From NCBI RefSeq assembly GCF_018977255.1, contig NW_024704743.1, positions 84,632,001-84,696,000 of the forward strand: 64,000 nucleotides of DNA, read 5' to 3'. The translations under genes and the position numbers were made by a program. Numbering within the stretch: the first letter of the stretch is position 1; every line of letters begins with the position of its first letter. This stretch comes from Callorhinchus milii (Eukaryota). Positions 25,401-40,049 of the stretch are shown piece after piece. Below the pieces are notes generated by a model. It searched no databases, was not told the DNA's origin, and saw nothing but the letters and a program-made list of their open reading frames with translations.

Positions 25401-27753
25401 ATTGAAGTAAAGTTTTTAATGTAAATAATTGCGTTGCATGCCATTCAGTGATTCATGTTTGCCATTTAGCTACAGTTTGGATTCAGTCTCTTCAGCAATT
25501 TGTGCTTCACAAACTGACTATATTAAAAAAGACAACCATTTCTGCTCAGTATGTGCTAATATTTGCAGAATTGAATGATAATACTGTACAAAATTGGCTC
25601 CGTGGGAAGTATTGTGACCTGTCATTTGTAATGATAGTAATCTATTTAGTACAATAGCTGATAGGCTTGGTAAAAGGCATCGATGGACAGTACTGTATTT
25701 CTGTTTTTGTCACTTGCCTTTCTGGTAAATTAAAACCTGTTCGCTTGAGTTTGCAATACAGATAAGAGTGGCTTGCACATTTCTTTTTCTTTCATAACTA
25801 TCAATTACTAAATATATAGTAAGAATGAAAGTTGGCATGTCAAATGGCTCTTGCTACATGAAGTTAATTTTAAATTGTAACAGAAGTTACATGGTTAGTA
25901 CAATAATGTGGCTGGTGGGGGGGCAGGGGGTGGAATGTTAAGTTATTTTGAGTAATTAAATTATATTGCACTGTTCATGTACAGTAAAATTATGCTAGAT
26001 CGTTCTGTTTACTGATGCTAAAAGAAATGCATGCTCCATATCAAAAAAAGGATTTCAGTCGATGCGAAAAGTAAAACCAGTTTTTAGGGACGTAACTTTT
26101 GAAAATTGCACCCTATAGATGCCTCGGATAAAGAATCTCCGCAGGTCAAACATGACCACAATTAGCAAAATCAGTCACTTTGGGTAGGAAGGGTAACATT
26201 GAAATTAATACCAACTGTTGTGAGTGTTCAGCCTTGTAAAAATAAGGCTGGTCTCTCTTTGTGGACATTGTCTGCTTGTCGGAAAGACTGTATTTGTTTC
26301 TGCATGTTGTTGCCCTGTAACATATGGCTCTTCAGTGTTATACCATTCAGTGTCATTTTCTTACAACTGAAAGAAAACAGCAGTAAAATGCTGCAGTGGT
26401 TGCTGTCCATCGTTGTCACCGATTTTACAGAAGCATTTTTGTACATTGTTAAAAAATATATTTTATCACTGTTTTAAAAGACAGGGTATATACAGTAAGG
26501 AATTGTGTGGATTTTGATGAAAAAATTTCGAATTTATACAGACCAAACAAATTAGGTAATTTTGATACATGATTTCTAAGGTAAATGCACAATTTGTAAC
26601 AGTGATTGTTGGTCATTTTGGTCCAAAATTATTTACATTTATTTAAACAATTGGTGTGGTTTAACCATATAAATTACTGTAGTTCATCTGAAAAAAGCTA
26701 ACGCATTGAAGAAAGCTGATTCACATAGGCCTGTTGTTGTCTTAAGCTGCCGATCACCAAACGGTCTTAGCAGCAATTGCTGGCAGTAATTCTCAAGCTA
26801 TTTTGGTCTTTGCTAGTAATTCTTTACATTTAGAATACAAGGGGGAAGGTAATTTTTCATATTTAGCATTTTCTTAAAAGAAAAGTTCAGTAAACCTTTC
26901 CGAATACATTTAAAACCATTCTTACTGCAATTTTTTAAAAATAACCTTTTTTATAACCCCTTCCAAGTGGATGAAAAAGAATCAAAAGATGATTCAATAT
27001 TAGTTTGTACAGTGAAAGAGAAGCATTTTATGCATACAAAGTAGCATTTATTTTAATTTTGTGGCCATCTGAAATTAAGTGTTTTTATAAATTTGTTTTC
27101 TGCCATTGTTTTATTGAAGTTTCTGATGAGCGCTGGTCTTATCAGACATTGACCAGTGTAGCCGCTGTTTGATCATATACAAGTTAATCATACTTTGATA
27201 GTATAGTACATCTGTTGGAACATTGAACTAACTATTTGTGCAGTGAACAGTTTATGTGGATGACAACATTGTCAAAACATTCACAAAAGGCGGAGTTTGG
27301 TTCTGAAAAGCAAGTTAAGGTATTTACTTTATGAAAATAAAATGATGTAATCTGGTAGTGTGGGAATGGGTGTTCAGTGTTTGTGCCCATTTGAACTTCT
27401 ATTCTTGGAGGAAAATTCAGCTGGTGTGCATTTTTTTATTGCAGAAAACATTGTGCCGTTTTTTAAAGGAGTTAAGAGAGGAAGGGTTTGGTTTGATTAT
27501 AGTTAGAATTTGTTCGTTTTATTCATGACTTAAAAAACTTGAGTTGCTTTGACCTTTTGTGCTTCCTTTCTTTATTAGCACTACATTGTTGTCCAATGTA
27601 ACACATTAGTTTCCTTTGTTTGGCTTTAGTGAAAAGGTGGGATTGCATGGTGTGCCAACAAGCATCTTATGGGTTATCCCTGAGGGTGGGTAGTTAGAAG
27701 CGCTTTGACAGAGCTTGCTGATTTAACCTTTGCCTGCTTTGCCCTGCCAGAGG

Positions 27754-27771
27754 TGGCCACTAGATGTCAAG
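27754..27771 (+). promoter_or_regulatory. Candidate CTCF motif
   Basis: TGGCCACTAGATGTCAAG resembles the CCAC(C/T)AG(A/G)(T/G)GGC core. Motif match only. Confidence 0.45.
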
Positions 27772-30700
27772 CTTATAATACAATTAGTACATCTGTGCTG
27801 TTGACCTTGGCGGCACGGCTTACCACTGTTCTATTAAGTGTTAACACTGAATTTGAGTGTTAAACAGAGATCCAAGTGAGTTTGTTACATGCCACAGCTT
27901 ATCACATGCCCATCTAGATGAAGAGAAGTGTTTACGGTCTTTAAGTAAGGAAAAGCTTTTGCTAGGCCTTTTCAGACTAGTTGCTTTAACCCTCTTGAGT
28001 GCAAAAGATAGTTTAGGGTGGCGAAATTAACCCGATATAGTTAGAATTTTATTAATAAATAAATTGCAGAGTTAATGTAACAATCTTTAATATTCAGCTT
28101 TGTAGTCTGTTGTTCTGTTGGAATCGTGTTCAGCCTTCCGATTTGAAGCAGACTTGAATTCAATACAGTACTTTGTTGTAGCTGTCAAAAACTCTATTCC
28201 TCATTCTGCAATCCCAGAGAGTTTGCAATTCTTGCTGCCTTGGCNTTTTTCATTTTATTCTCCTCTGGTCCATGGAGTTATCTATCTGTAATATAAAACT
28301 GCGTGGCCTGGAAGTGACATCATGCATGTGGATTGTCCCGCAAAACACAATTGCTACTCAATATTGAGATTTTTGCTATGATAATAAAGAGAAAACACTT
28401 TAAAAGCTGTAAAATTAGGTCCGTGGTGTCTGATTCTCAGTATTCAGAAGCTGAATACGTATCTGTCTTAGATGTGCCAGTGCCCTGTCCATTACGTCAC
28501 TGAGGTGGAACCTTCAGAATAACATTAATGTTTCCATGCTGCTGATTTGCATTGAATTTGCTGCCTTTTAGATGAGAACAGTGCAGAAGCGATTTCAAAC
28601 CGCACAATCAGATCAGGTACAGATTCAATCTATATTTTACTGGTTATTCAGATTATAGTATTGAATGTTATTTTTCTCTTTTAATCCAATTTATCAAAAT
28701 GTGCACGTGTAGTACTTATAGCATTCTGTATATTAAGTTGTTTTTCATAGATAATTTTGAAGAAAAGAGATTGAAAGAAGAAGTATGGCTTGATCTGCTT
28801 GATCTTTAGTTTCATACAATTTCAAAGCAACCACCTGGTGATTTCTGTTTGAAGAAGATTAAGATATTAATGTTAAAATGTTCCTGAAACGACTTTAGAA
28901 GAGGGTTGTTGAAACTTTTCGATTTGGTTCCGAATCCGTTTGCATATTCGTTGAGAAATTCATCAATTGTTTGACGACTGGTGGTCAACGGTGCATTAAG
29001 AAAAGGCTCTGGATTTTCTTCATTTTAGCCTCGCATTTGTTCTGTGTTCCTTAATCAACCATTTGGTTGAAACCTTAAGACCACCCACGAGGTTAGTCAA
29101 CAAAACTTGTTAAAAATTCTCTTGCAGCACAACAATGTTGCAGATGTCAGTCTTAACTCGCCTCTCAGCATTTCCAGAGCATTGTTAACTTTACATTTAT
29201 TTTTTATTCAGAAGAAAATTTGTTGAGCAGTGAGCTCAGGAGCAGGAAAATCTCTTAAGTGTTGTATATAGTATGCTTTCAACACATGTAAAATAATACA
29301 TATATCAGGAAAGCTTCAAACTTTCCACATCTGCGTTAGTACACACAAAGACCTAATCGTTTGTCCGAGTAATGTTATGTTGTTATACTTAGAAAATTCA
29401 ACTGTTTTAATAGAATACTACTACACGCTATACCACAGGTGGTTGCATGTTACAGATCCTGAGATTTGGGCCACTGAATAGATCACAATGAATGTGCCAG
29501 GTCAGATTTAGGTTTGGTATAGCGAGAGTGCCCTCCACTGTTCAACCTCTCGCTGGCAGCCTTTTGGGCTGCAAAGACCACGATGGAAGAATCTGCCATT
29601 CAATCTGGAATTTTTCCTGCATTGTTAAACTCTGTGGGAAATCCCTATTTATCTCCCCCTGTCTCACAGCTTGGGTTCTGTCTGTGGTGATTCATCCCTT
29701 TTATAGCATTCATACCCATCATAAAGAGTTAAAAACAATTAATTTATTCAACAGGCAAAGATTGCTTCATCACAAATTTCAGTAAAAACTGTACCACAGG
29801 AAAATGTTCCGATCTACTTCAGCTGCAAGTAACAGGCATTAGCTTCTTTCTATGCCCTATTTAAGTTGAGCAGTTGTTTACAGCTGGCTCCAGTCCTCTG
29901 GAAAACTTCAGTCTGTTTTTTGTAAAAATATAGCTCAAATGATGCATTTTTCCTATTTTTTATGGGCCTATAAATTTGAGGTCTGCTTTCTGTGGTGCTT
30001 CTGTCTCTTCTGTGATCAATATGCATCTGAAAAAGCCATCAAAGCCTTCCATTTTTATTTCCCCCGGCGTACTGTATTAGGATCCTTATGCTATCTGTTC
30101 AAAATGCAGTTTAAAAAGCTTTACACTCGGATTTCTTATAAGCAAGTTCCAGGCAAAGTTCTGAAATAAGCAAAGCTTTGCAATGTCTTAGCTTTTTCTT
30201 GACTAAATCAGTCAGTGTAGCTTGGAATTCTAGGCAACTGCTGTGCAGATGAGAGTGTTCACTGGAGTGCCAGAACTTTTGGCATTTCACTTATTTAATG
30301 ACTATTGGTAAACAAGAGCTGAACAAACTAATCCTTCTTTTGCCTCCAAAAGACTTTGGCAGACGAACGAGAAAAAGAAGAGCTAGAAGTGTGCAACAAC
30401 CTAGCCAGAGAAAAACAAAATTCACTTTTTTTAAATGCTATTATTGTTTTTAATTATGTTATCTTGCACAAGAAATGCCTTTGGAAGAATTCATGCTGAA
30501 GAGAATCTTTAATTCCAAAGACCACCCCAGTTCCTAATACAGCGGTCTTGCAGCTTTAACTCCTTCCCTGATCCAATAGTTACTATTAATATAATTGTAA
30601 GTACAGCAGGTACATTGTTATGTGTTATGTAAATGGCATACAAATCTATATTTAGATTAATTCCACTCAGGGTGCATTTTGTCAAAACCTATATATAGTG

Positions 30701-31580
30701 TGTACCACTGATGGAATTAAAATACAAGCAGTTACTACAGAACCGATTGCAAGAAATTCTGGGAAATATTTTGTATTGTATTGTTTCCTTTACAAAATAG
30801 CAGGGCTTGTTATTTTATTCTCAGTTTGTATATTAAGTGAAATTGAAAAATGGCAAAATTGACTTATATTGTTTCCTCTTAACTGAGCTAAAACCGTGCG
30901 AACTGATTGCCATTGAGACAAAGTAAATTCAGGAATTTGGATTGGCAAGTAATTTAGATCTTTTTTTAAAAAATAGAAGTTTTTAAAATTCAGTATAATT
31001 TTTTTACTCAATAGAATTCATCAAATTGTAATATGAATATATTAAGTAAGAACAATAAACATAAGGCAGGAATCTCATGGCTGTAATTTAACTGGGGGGG
31101 GTCCTGACAACATAAATCAAAAGATGGATCCTTAAGTGGTTAATGAATGTCAGTAGAACACAGCGATTGATTTACAACCTTTATTTTCTATCCTTGTTTT
31201 TTTTAAAATTGCATTAAACATAAAGACAAATTTTACAGCATGACTACGTTTTTCACTTACCAATATTGCAGGACCTGCTGCGTTTGTGTTGTCAGATTTT
31301 TATTTGCGTTGCTATCAGCTGTTTGACACAGCAGCGGTTCAAGGTGGCGTTGATTAAAATGTCATCAAAAAGATGTAATTACCTTATGTGATGTCTCAAC
31401 AGCAAAAATAAAATGGTTACATGATTCATGACAAAGTATTGTAAATCCACGGGTTCTCCTGACCAATCATGAGGACCGGATCCAGTTGTCAAAAGACCCT
31501 CTCAATAAGCAGAGGTGCTCGGAAATTGTGTTATCAGCCAGAAATTGTTCATTTCAGTCTATACTAATTTTATAATGATT

Positions 31581-31692
31581 GGCCCACAAATATACAGTCA
31601 ATTCACTTGACAGTCTATTCTGTGAAGCTCTTTGAGACGTCTAGAAGATGTGAAAAGCGCTATATCAAATGCAAGGATTATTATTATTATTA
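31581..31692 (+). mobile_element. Isolated ~110-nt L2/SINE 3' tail
   Basis: GCCCACAAATATACAGTCAATTCAC...GCGCTATATCAAATGCAAGG(ATT)n. Confidence 0.85.
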
Positions 31693-34600
31693 CTTAAAGG
31701 CATTTTCCTCTGTGTTGAGAATACCTTTACTCCACTTTCTCCAATCTACCAGAATTGCACAACTAGTATCTTGGCGTTCTAGAGCTTAGGTGTGGAGGTA
31801 AGTATGCCTTATTACCATTATATAATTATGTTGTTAACTAGTGATAAATAAATGAGTGTAATGTGTCCAAAAACTGAGGGATTGTTGGGTTAATTTGAAG
31901 GAAGAGACAACAGGTTAGGTCCTTCAATAAACCTGCTATGCCCATTTTGCAAATGTAGGACACAGATTCCATTATTACTATTCGAACATAGTTTGAGCTA
32001 TCGTTTGAGTCATTGCCATGTTTTTCCAGTTTTTCACAACTTTCAGAAATCACTGATTAGACTAGAACAGTATTGGAGAATTCTTTATCGCAACTGACAA
32101 TGCTGAAGGGGGTGATTGGTTGGCGTGCCACTGTGTATTAGAGAGCCTTCTGTGAGAATCCTCAATCATTTTTGAACCTACAGCATTCAACTGACCAGAA
32201 TGGTGTATTTTCAAATACTGCGATGAAACAATACATGTATTTGTATCTATCCATCTGGCTTTAATGCACTGGAAATACAATTTCCTTGCAATGAACTGTA
32301 GATTAGGTCTCCAGTGATACAGCCTCAATCACCTTTAATGCCTTTCTGTGAACATCATACTGAATTTCTGCCACTTTGCAACAGAAATGTGAAAGTGTTT
32401 GGGCGAAAAAAGTGTATCAAAAACAGTTGCATTAAAAATACGTTGCCAACACAAAACCTTTCTGTAACATCTCCAGCTTCACACAGCATCCAAATGGAGG
32501 AGCAGAGCTTCAGAAACTGTAAGATAGACACGGGTGATAAAATAACCCAAATTTTGAATTTATTTAAATAATATTGGTTAAAAGAAAGCAATTTCAAGGA
32601 TGAAATCTTATTCCTGAGGTTCGGATCTTCATATGTTGTTTGAGCTTTACTCGTGTTCGGCTCATCTGAACCCTTACGTAAGGTTCTCATCTTTTAATTC
32701 ACTCATTTCTATCTTTTGTCAACATTTGAAAGAATTCACAGTGAGACATTACCGTTTTATATCTCCTAGCACTGATTAGAGAATTCTATTGTGGGTCAGA
32801 TGTATTTTAGAAAGGCTTAATATTTGTTTCTTAGCATCAGTTCCTACTGAGATTTCTTCCAGAAACCCTCCCCATGTTAGAACTGCAGGGGTAAATAATC
32901 ACTCCTAGCCTTTGGCTCTTCAGGAAGGAAGCAGTTTATGGATTTTTAATGTGGTAAAAATTGCCATGACATCATTGAAGATTTAATTCAAAATAAGGTA
33001 ATATAACATTTTGAAAAAAAGGACTATCAGTAGCAAGTGAAAAGGTGCCTTGTAGGGTAATTTATAGATAACAAACTACATAAGAAATGTTTCGGGGAAA
33101 ACAAATCTCAAACTTGATTTGAAGTTTTCAGGTTGTTTTAGTAAGTTAAAATAAATTCTAACTAGTTGAAAGAAAAATAGATCCACCTTTTCTCTGTGTG
33201 GACCAAAGGCTTTAAGCTTTGCAACTGAGTATTTGAACTTATCTTTTTGAGTATTTTTGCATAATAGACAACTTTTTAAAATCTTGTACAGTACACATCC
33301 ACTGCAGCTTGAGTTATGTACAGACTTATTGATCTGAGCTGAATATGATTCTGGTACTGGCAGGACATATTTCAGACTGTATCAGATTCATGCTCTATGC
33401 ACGCTCTTGTGTTGTACAAAGGGGCAAGAGACCAGCAGTGGAATTTTAATCGGGCTGTTTACATGGCCTTGATTTGAGTCACCATGATTCACGAATACTA
33501 TAAAATCAACAGCCTGACATGAACAATGTTTCCTACTATCTTTTATCCACAGAAGAATAAACAAATACTGTAGAACAGCGCCTTTCATGTTGGGAGGATT
33601 TCCCAAACCTCAAGAATAAAATATGCCACATGTCATGTGAAAAAAACAAATGTTAGAAGTTTTTTTTATCTGTATCATTTGAACAGTTGATACATTTTCC
33701 ACCAGGAAAGTTTGTAAATCTATAGTTGCTTTTAAGTCTCTTTGCTACTAGGTTTGTAAGATTTTTCATACAATTAATTGAGTATATATGACCCAGAATT
33801 TAAGATCACCTCTGGCGACTGGAATTTTTGTTATTTACGTGTAGACATTATAGCAGTAATGCACAAGAAATAAAATGTGTAAACATTTTGTTGATTTGAT
33901 TTTCTGGAAACAAATTCATTAGATCGACATGAGGAGCATTTATTTTGTTGGGGAAATGCAATGTTATTCGTTAGAGGCTGCTAACATGCCATTAACCGAT
34001 CACTCTATGTTGGTACCTTTTACTATTTGTTCCAAATGTCATGTATCAGCAGTGGTGTAATGGACACTTGAAATTGGATCACATTGAAATATGAAAGTAA
34101 TTTTCTTGCATAAATTGTATTTATTATTTGAATAAGCTGTGGATTGGTGGATAACAGCTGCCTAATTTATATACTTTCCAACCTTTGCGATGTTTTTTCT
34201 TTAAAATTTTAGATGCTTCTCTTCTTCCGTCTATTTCAAATCGACAAGTGTATTTTTGCTAATCTATCAGTCTTTATTTTCCCCTTCTGAAAAAGCATTG
34301 GTGTAATGAGGTAAAAGCACCAGTTAGTTCTATGTGCAAGAAATCAAGGTTGCAAAGAATTTATACATATAAATGCAGTCTGAAATGGCTTTATTCACAG
34401 AAAATATAGGGTTCCAAAAAATAGCTACGAATTCTATGCCCTTTGTGATATTTCAAAAGTGGCCCATTTAAAAAAATCATAACATTCAAAAATCAGATAT
34501 TCTTAGTTTATTAAAGGTGGTCATTCAATGCCAACCTCATTTATCGACAACTTTTCTTTTACAAAAAAAAATCAAATATTTTTATGAAGATTTTTTTTGT

Positions 34601-34989
34601 TCTCCTCATTTCTCTAGTTTTCTCCCCTGAAACACGGAACACCATCACACTTCCTGCTCCAGCTGAAAGGCTGGCCGTGGATCTCTCCTCAACCACCGTG
34701 TACCTCACTGCTTGACTGGCCAGCAGGAAGCATGGTTTTGAGTGGGGTGAGTCAAACAAGGTCAGTTTTTCTCTCCCCCTGGCGGAACGCACCTTTCCTT
34801 CCAAATGGTGCTCCTTCCATCTGAGCTGGCTTAAGTAAGAAAACTGACTTAAGTAAGCAAGTTAAGCAAGAGGCAACCCTGGGATTCCGATCCCGTCCTC
34901 TTCCAGTTAAGAGTCACTGCACTCTGCTGGTTAAGTTACCTTGCTGCTGAAAAACAAGATTTTTTTCCCCCAGAGCTCAGAACTTTAGG

Positions 34990-35075
34990 GACATAGGATC
35001 GTAGAACCAGGAGTAGGCCATTCGGTACATCAAACCTACTGTGCCAATTCATTAGATTGTGGCAACTCTTTACAT
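34990..35075 (-). mobile_element. CR1/HER1-type LINE 3' end fragment
   Basis: ACATAGGATCGTAGAACCAGGAGTAGGCCATTCGG resembles the shark CR1-type terminus. Confidence 0.55.
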
Positions 35076-36573
35076 TTTTTATTTCATCACCCCTGTTCTT
35101 TCTCTGTGTCACTTACTATCAACACCTTTACATCCCAAGTATCTTATCTTATCTCCCTTTTAACCTTGAATAACAAAAAAAATCTTTATTGCATTATGTC
35201 CAAACATCATAAATGATTTCTTGTCCTCACTGGAGGGTAAAAGATTACTCCTTTTCCTAATAAGTTTTTTGTTGTTGTGTAGAAAACCATTTTTGGAACA
35301 CATTAAATAATAAGACTGCATAGTAAGGTGGGTTGAAAAATATTCCTCACTTTCTCTGTAAAATATATTCAAAGGTTCTATATGGCAATAGTTCATACAG
35401 TCTAAACACAATGGGAATGAGTCAACAGTTCCTAGTTTCAGTGCAGCATGAAATTATATTCTGTGTCACACAGTGATGTTACAGAAGTATACGTGATAGA
35501 AATTTCTATGCTAGTTAGAGAGGGTTTAGTTTTACTGTTGAAAACCAAACAGAGGAACTTCTATCTTGTACCTCAGATGGATTGCTTAATCCTGTCACTG
35601 AGCGCAGATGGATTTTCTTCGATGTTGTCACCTCATTTGGGAGAACAAAATGTACTGAAACCTCTGCACAAAAATCCATCACATCATTGTTTTGCTCATC
35701 AGGAAAATGGTGCTGAAATGCAATATTATCCTTGGTAATTTCACAAGCTACACCACCGATATTATAAAGCTAAACTGTAAGGCTTGCATTGCTACTCATT
35801 TAATATATGTGTGTGATCATCCGACAGTGATAAGAAGGCACATAAATTAGATGGGAGTCCTCACAAAAATAAATCTTAAAAAAAGAAAAGTCACCAAAAA
35901 GAGTTTTCTAAACGTTTCATGATTGTCACAAGAATAAAGAGCATTTTGTTACATTTAGTTAAGGTTCATGGATTAACTTTCTTTGACAAAACTCTTATTA
36001 ATGCTGTAATCTGTCTCAAGAACTAGGTATTTAACATGTTACACTGATTGCTTTTAATCAAGTATACAATAAGAAAAATAATGTTATGAAGTAAGATTCA
36101 TTTTTACATACCACTGCAATATACAGTCTTGAAATGAAGGTTGCCATATATACTTTATTAGCTAAAAATGTGCAAACATTCAGCTTTTTCGCTCAAACCA
36201 GAGGGAGCTCCAACTTCAAAAACAGTATCTCTCTGTTGTTGATAATCAAAAACAATGTCATTGTCTTAATAGTGATTCATCATATTCAACATCTTCAAAG
36301 TATATTTACATAGAGTACTCGCGGAAAGAGTTCAAACAAATGTACACTCTGACTGAAAATAAAATTGGGACTGAAAGACCCTTCTTGTGTTTGCAAATAA
36401 AATGATAGAGAAGACTTGCGTGGAGAAGCATATAATGTAAGAGGATTTCAGTGGTCAACATAGTATCTCTTAACAACAGAGTGCAAGGCTCTCGGAATAC
36501 TTGAGCTGTTTTCCTGCTTCAGTGACATTTGATCTGGGCGACACTTCATGGGAAGTACCACTATTTTTGATCT

Positions 36574-36592
36574 GGACCACTAGATGGAGCAC
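36574..36592 (+). promoter_or_regulatory. Candidate CTCF motif
   Basis: GGACCACTAGATGGAGCAC. Motif match only. Confidence 0.5.
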
Positions 36593-38885
36593 TCTGCGGT
36601 AGTGCAGCAATCTATCTTTGGAAGAAAGTAGAGGAAAAAAACTGATATGATCATACTTTCCATAGGAACTACTTATTCGAATTGGTGACCGTAGAAGAGT
36701 TGTGGCCCAGGCATGTCTATGTTTGATGGCAGGTATCATACAGGAGAAAAACAGGGAGGGTTACAAAACAGGGAGGGATGCAAACTGGTTATTGTCATTG
36801 ATGCAGCTTAAAATGAAGGAACTGTTCAGCTAATGGCAGTACATTACTGTACAGATCTGACCAGTATTAGGCATCAAATGTGTGTTAGAGTTATGCAAGA
36901 CATTTAATAAAGAGGGCTTTCTTGTAAAGTAATATTGGTGTCTGCCAAGAAAGTAAATAGCATATTCATTAGGAAAACTTGGAGTGGAATAATTCCTATC
37001 TTAAAAAGAGGTTCCTGTATAATGTCACGGAAAGATGATGGATGTTGTAAAGCCATGTGAAGAGGTTTTAAGGAGAGCTATTTTGTGTCTTATGTAAAAC
37101 GTGCACAGTACTTTTATTTATATATGTGCAACACTTTTTTTTGCACACTTTTTCCACATAAAGAAGAGTATTTATAAAATCTATGTCAAATTATTGAATA
37201 TGCTGAAACAGCATACACTTTTGTTTTCTTTTGTGGAGGTTGGCTTTGAGTCCACTTTGGGGGAGAAAATTTCCAAGTCATACAGAGCAGAAGTCGACTG
37301 TAGCTAATTTGTCATTATTGTAAGTCTAGTAACACTTACCTGCAGTGACTTTTGTTACCAATCCACAGCAGCTGACAGCCCCAGTAACCCACCTGGCAGC
37401 TATCTTGCTACAGTGATTGTTGTGGGTTACTTACCTGTAGGAAGCTTAATCACAGCCAGTGCACAAAGATATCAGAAACAAATCCTCTATAAAATGCAAT
37501 AAAATAGCACATTATCACATTGTTGCTCAAATGTCTGTTGGTTTTGACAGTGTTTGAGCAATCTATTTTAGTAAATTTATATAATGGACCAATTTACTTG
37601 CTGATCATTGCAAGATTAACCCCCATGAACACACACAGACACACACATATACAGCTTTGCAGTATTGTTCTTCAAATCAATTTGCCAGAAATTAATGTAT
37701 GTTATTTTCTATGGTTATCTATCAGCTTTTTCCAAAGATCTTATATAAGTTAGTTCTGTGATGGAATATCACAAACATTTTGTAGGCGACAACATTGATT
37801 ATATACATTTAGAGATTGGGAGAGTGGGCGTTGTTTAAATTTTTTGTGTACTTTACAAAGGTTAGTATGTATTGATAAAAATAGTTCATTTACTGTACAG
37901 TTGTTTCATTCTCTACCCTGAGCATTCATGCAAAGATTCAGGGTAGATGCTTCCTCCAATGATTTTAGAAAAGGGAACAAATTCTGCCCTTAGTTTTTAT
38001 TAACTTCAGTGCAGCCTTGCCAGTGGCAGTGCAGTAATCTGAACCAGGCAGCACTTTTGTCTCTGAAGGTGCCTATCACCTCCTCCTCAGCTATTTTTTT
38101 TCATCCTAATAATGTAGGCAACAACATCTGGCACAGCAGGGTAAAGGCCTCCACCCAAGCCATCCTTGCTGACAGTTAAGTTTCTTTGCTGGTGATGAAC
38201 TATCTATCAGCACGCCCCAAAAAAGCAGTTTCAATATTGCTGGTCTGTCTGGAGAATGACTGAACCACTAAAATTGGGCATTCAATGGAGCAGGGATTGC
38301 ACCATTGAAGAGATCTGTTTAAATTCCTCAAAAGCATAATTTCTTATGTTCTTTTACATGTCTAACAACGGCTACCACAGCAGACGTTCAATAGCTCCAC
38401 TATCAACTTTCAACTATTGCCATTCTACAACACACTATCTTTTCTGGCCTGAAGTTGAATTTTCACATCTCAAAAGCAACTTCCTGGACATTTGTTTTCT
38501 TCTTTAATTCAAAGTATTATGTTTCCCTCAACATCTCACAGCTCTTTATAAAGCCCAAGTTTATCGAAGACTTCAATAATTTCCCGTATATATGAATTCT
38601 ACATAGAAAACAAGAAATGTTTTTTTCATGTGATAAATAATCATTACTTCACCTCTCGTGTCATTCCGTCTCAGTCCATATAGTCTTTCTGTCTCTCCCT
38701 CACAATGAAAACTGTGAACTGGAAACAACTGAGAATGCCAGTTATATAAGTTTGTAGTTGTTTCTATGTTGCTGCCAGGTACTTTAGTATCTGCCCAGCA
38801 AAGTCAACAAGATGGATTCCAGACACCTGTAATCTCAGGCTATCTGAGAATCAGATCTATTGGAAATAGTTCTTAAGTAGTTTGC

Positions 38886-39325
38886 AACAACAACTTGCAT
38901 TTGCATAGAGCGCTTCACACAGGGTATAATACTGGAACACTTCATGTGGATGGTGTCGAGCGCTGAGCAAGGGAGGTAAAGTTGAAAAGGTAGGCTTTTA
39001 GGCCTGATTTGAAGACAGAAAAAGAGGGTGAGATGGAGATGTTGAGAGAGAGATCTAGAGATTGGGGTGGTGCTGAATACTCGGTCACGGATGGTGGGAC
39101 AGGGCAAGTGTTACAAGCCCTGTTTTTCAAGTGGAGGGAGCAAGCAGGAGAGTGGAATAGGAGAAGATCACAGAGATGGGGAGCTGCTAGGGCATGAAAA
39201 GATATATAAGTGAGGTGAGGACCTTGAATCTGATCCATTAGAAGTCATTGGAACTTGGTGAGGACAGGGCTGATGGGCATGCAAAGTTTGAGAATACCGG
39301 CAGCAGAGTTGTGAACTCCTACAGA
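38886..39325 (-). mobile_element. L2 LINE 3' fragment
   Basis: Minus-strand peptide SFHALAAPHLCDLL...SPSFSVFKSGLKAYLF and tail GCGCTCTATGCAAATGCAAG(TTG)n. Confidence 0.8.
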
Positions 39326-39894
39326 AAACAACATTACAATTTCTACATGTCACGTGGTATTATAATAGTCATATTTTCACTTGATTTACCACTTTCACAC
39401 ATTGAAAAAAATCACAAACCTTCACAAAATAAGTTAAGTTTGAAATGTCAAAAAGCCTTGACCTGCTTTTCATTGAGCGGATGGGGCTCCCTCACCGCTC
39501 TGTATACCAGTTTTAAACCAACTCCTAGTACTTATCTTCAAATATTCCGATCCTCTTGCTATGTCAAACAGGACTTCAAGAGGAAGAACACGGCCTATCT
39601 TCTCAGCAATAAGAAAAAGCTTTAAAACTGCATTTACCAAATATTAATGGCCATAAAGATAATTTCTACGTAAAATGGCAAAATAAATAATAGTTTACAT
39701 TTATATGATGAGTTTCACATCAGGGGGTTGTCTAAAAGCATTTAGTATTGTTCGCTGGGTACCCGAGCTGGGGTGGAATCTGAAGCACTTGGGGAGGGTG
39801 ATGACCGAGAGATGACTGAAAGCATGGTCAAAGAGTATGATAAAAAATATTGAGGTGAAATATGTCATTAATTGTATGCAAATAAGAAACAAAT

Positions 39895-39938
39895 ATATTG
39901 CTGCTTAATAAAATTCCATAGAAGCTATTGATTTCCAA
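39895..39938. repeat. Left arm of 44-bp inverted repeat (partner 41948-41991)
   Basis: ATATTGCTGCTTAATAAAATTCCATAGAAGCTATTGATTTCCAA; its reverse complement matches the partner at 42/44 positions. Confidence 0.9.
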
Positions 39939-40049
39939 ACCTGCAGTGTATATGTAATCCTTACTCAGAGAGGGAAATAGATGTATAAATACATAACAAA
40001 ACAATGGCTAGTTTCAGTGATCAGTGAGCCGTGTCTTTTTTGCCCCAAA

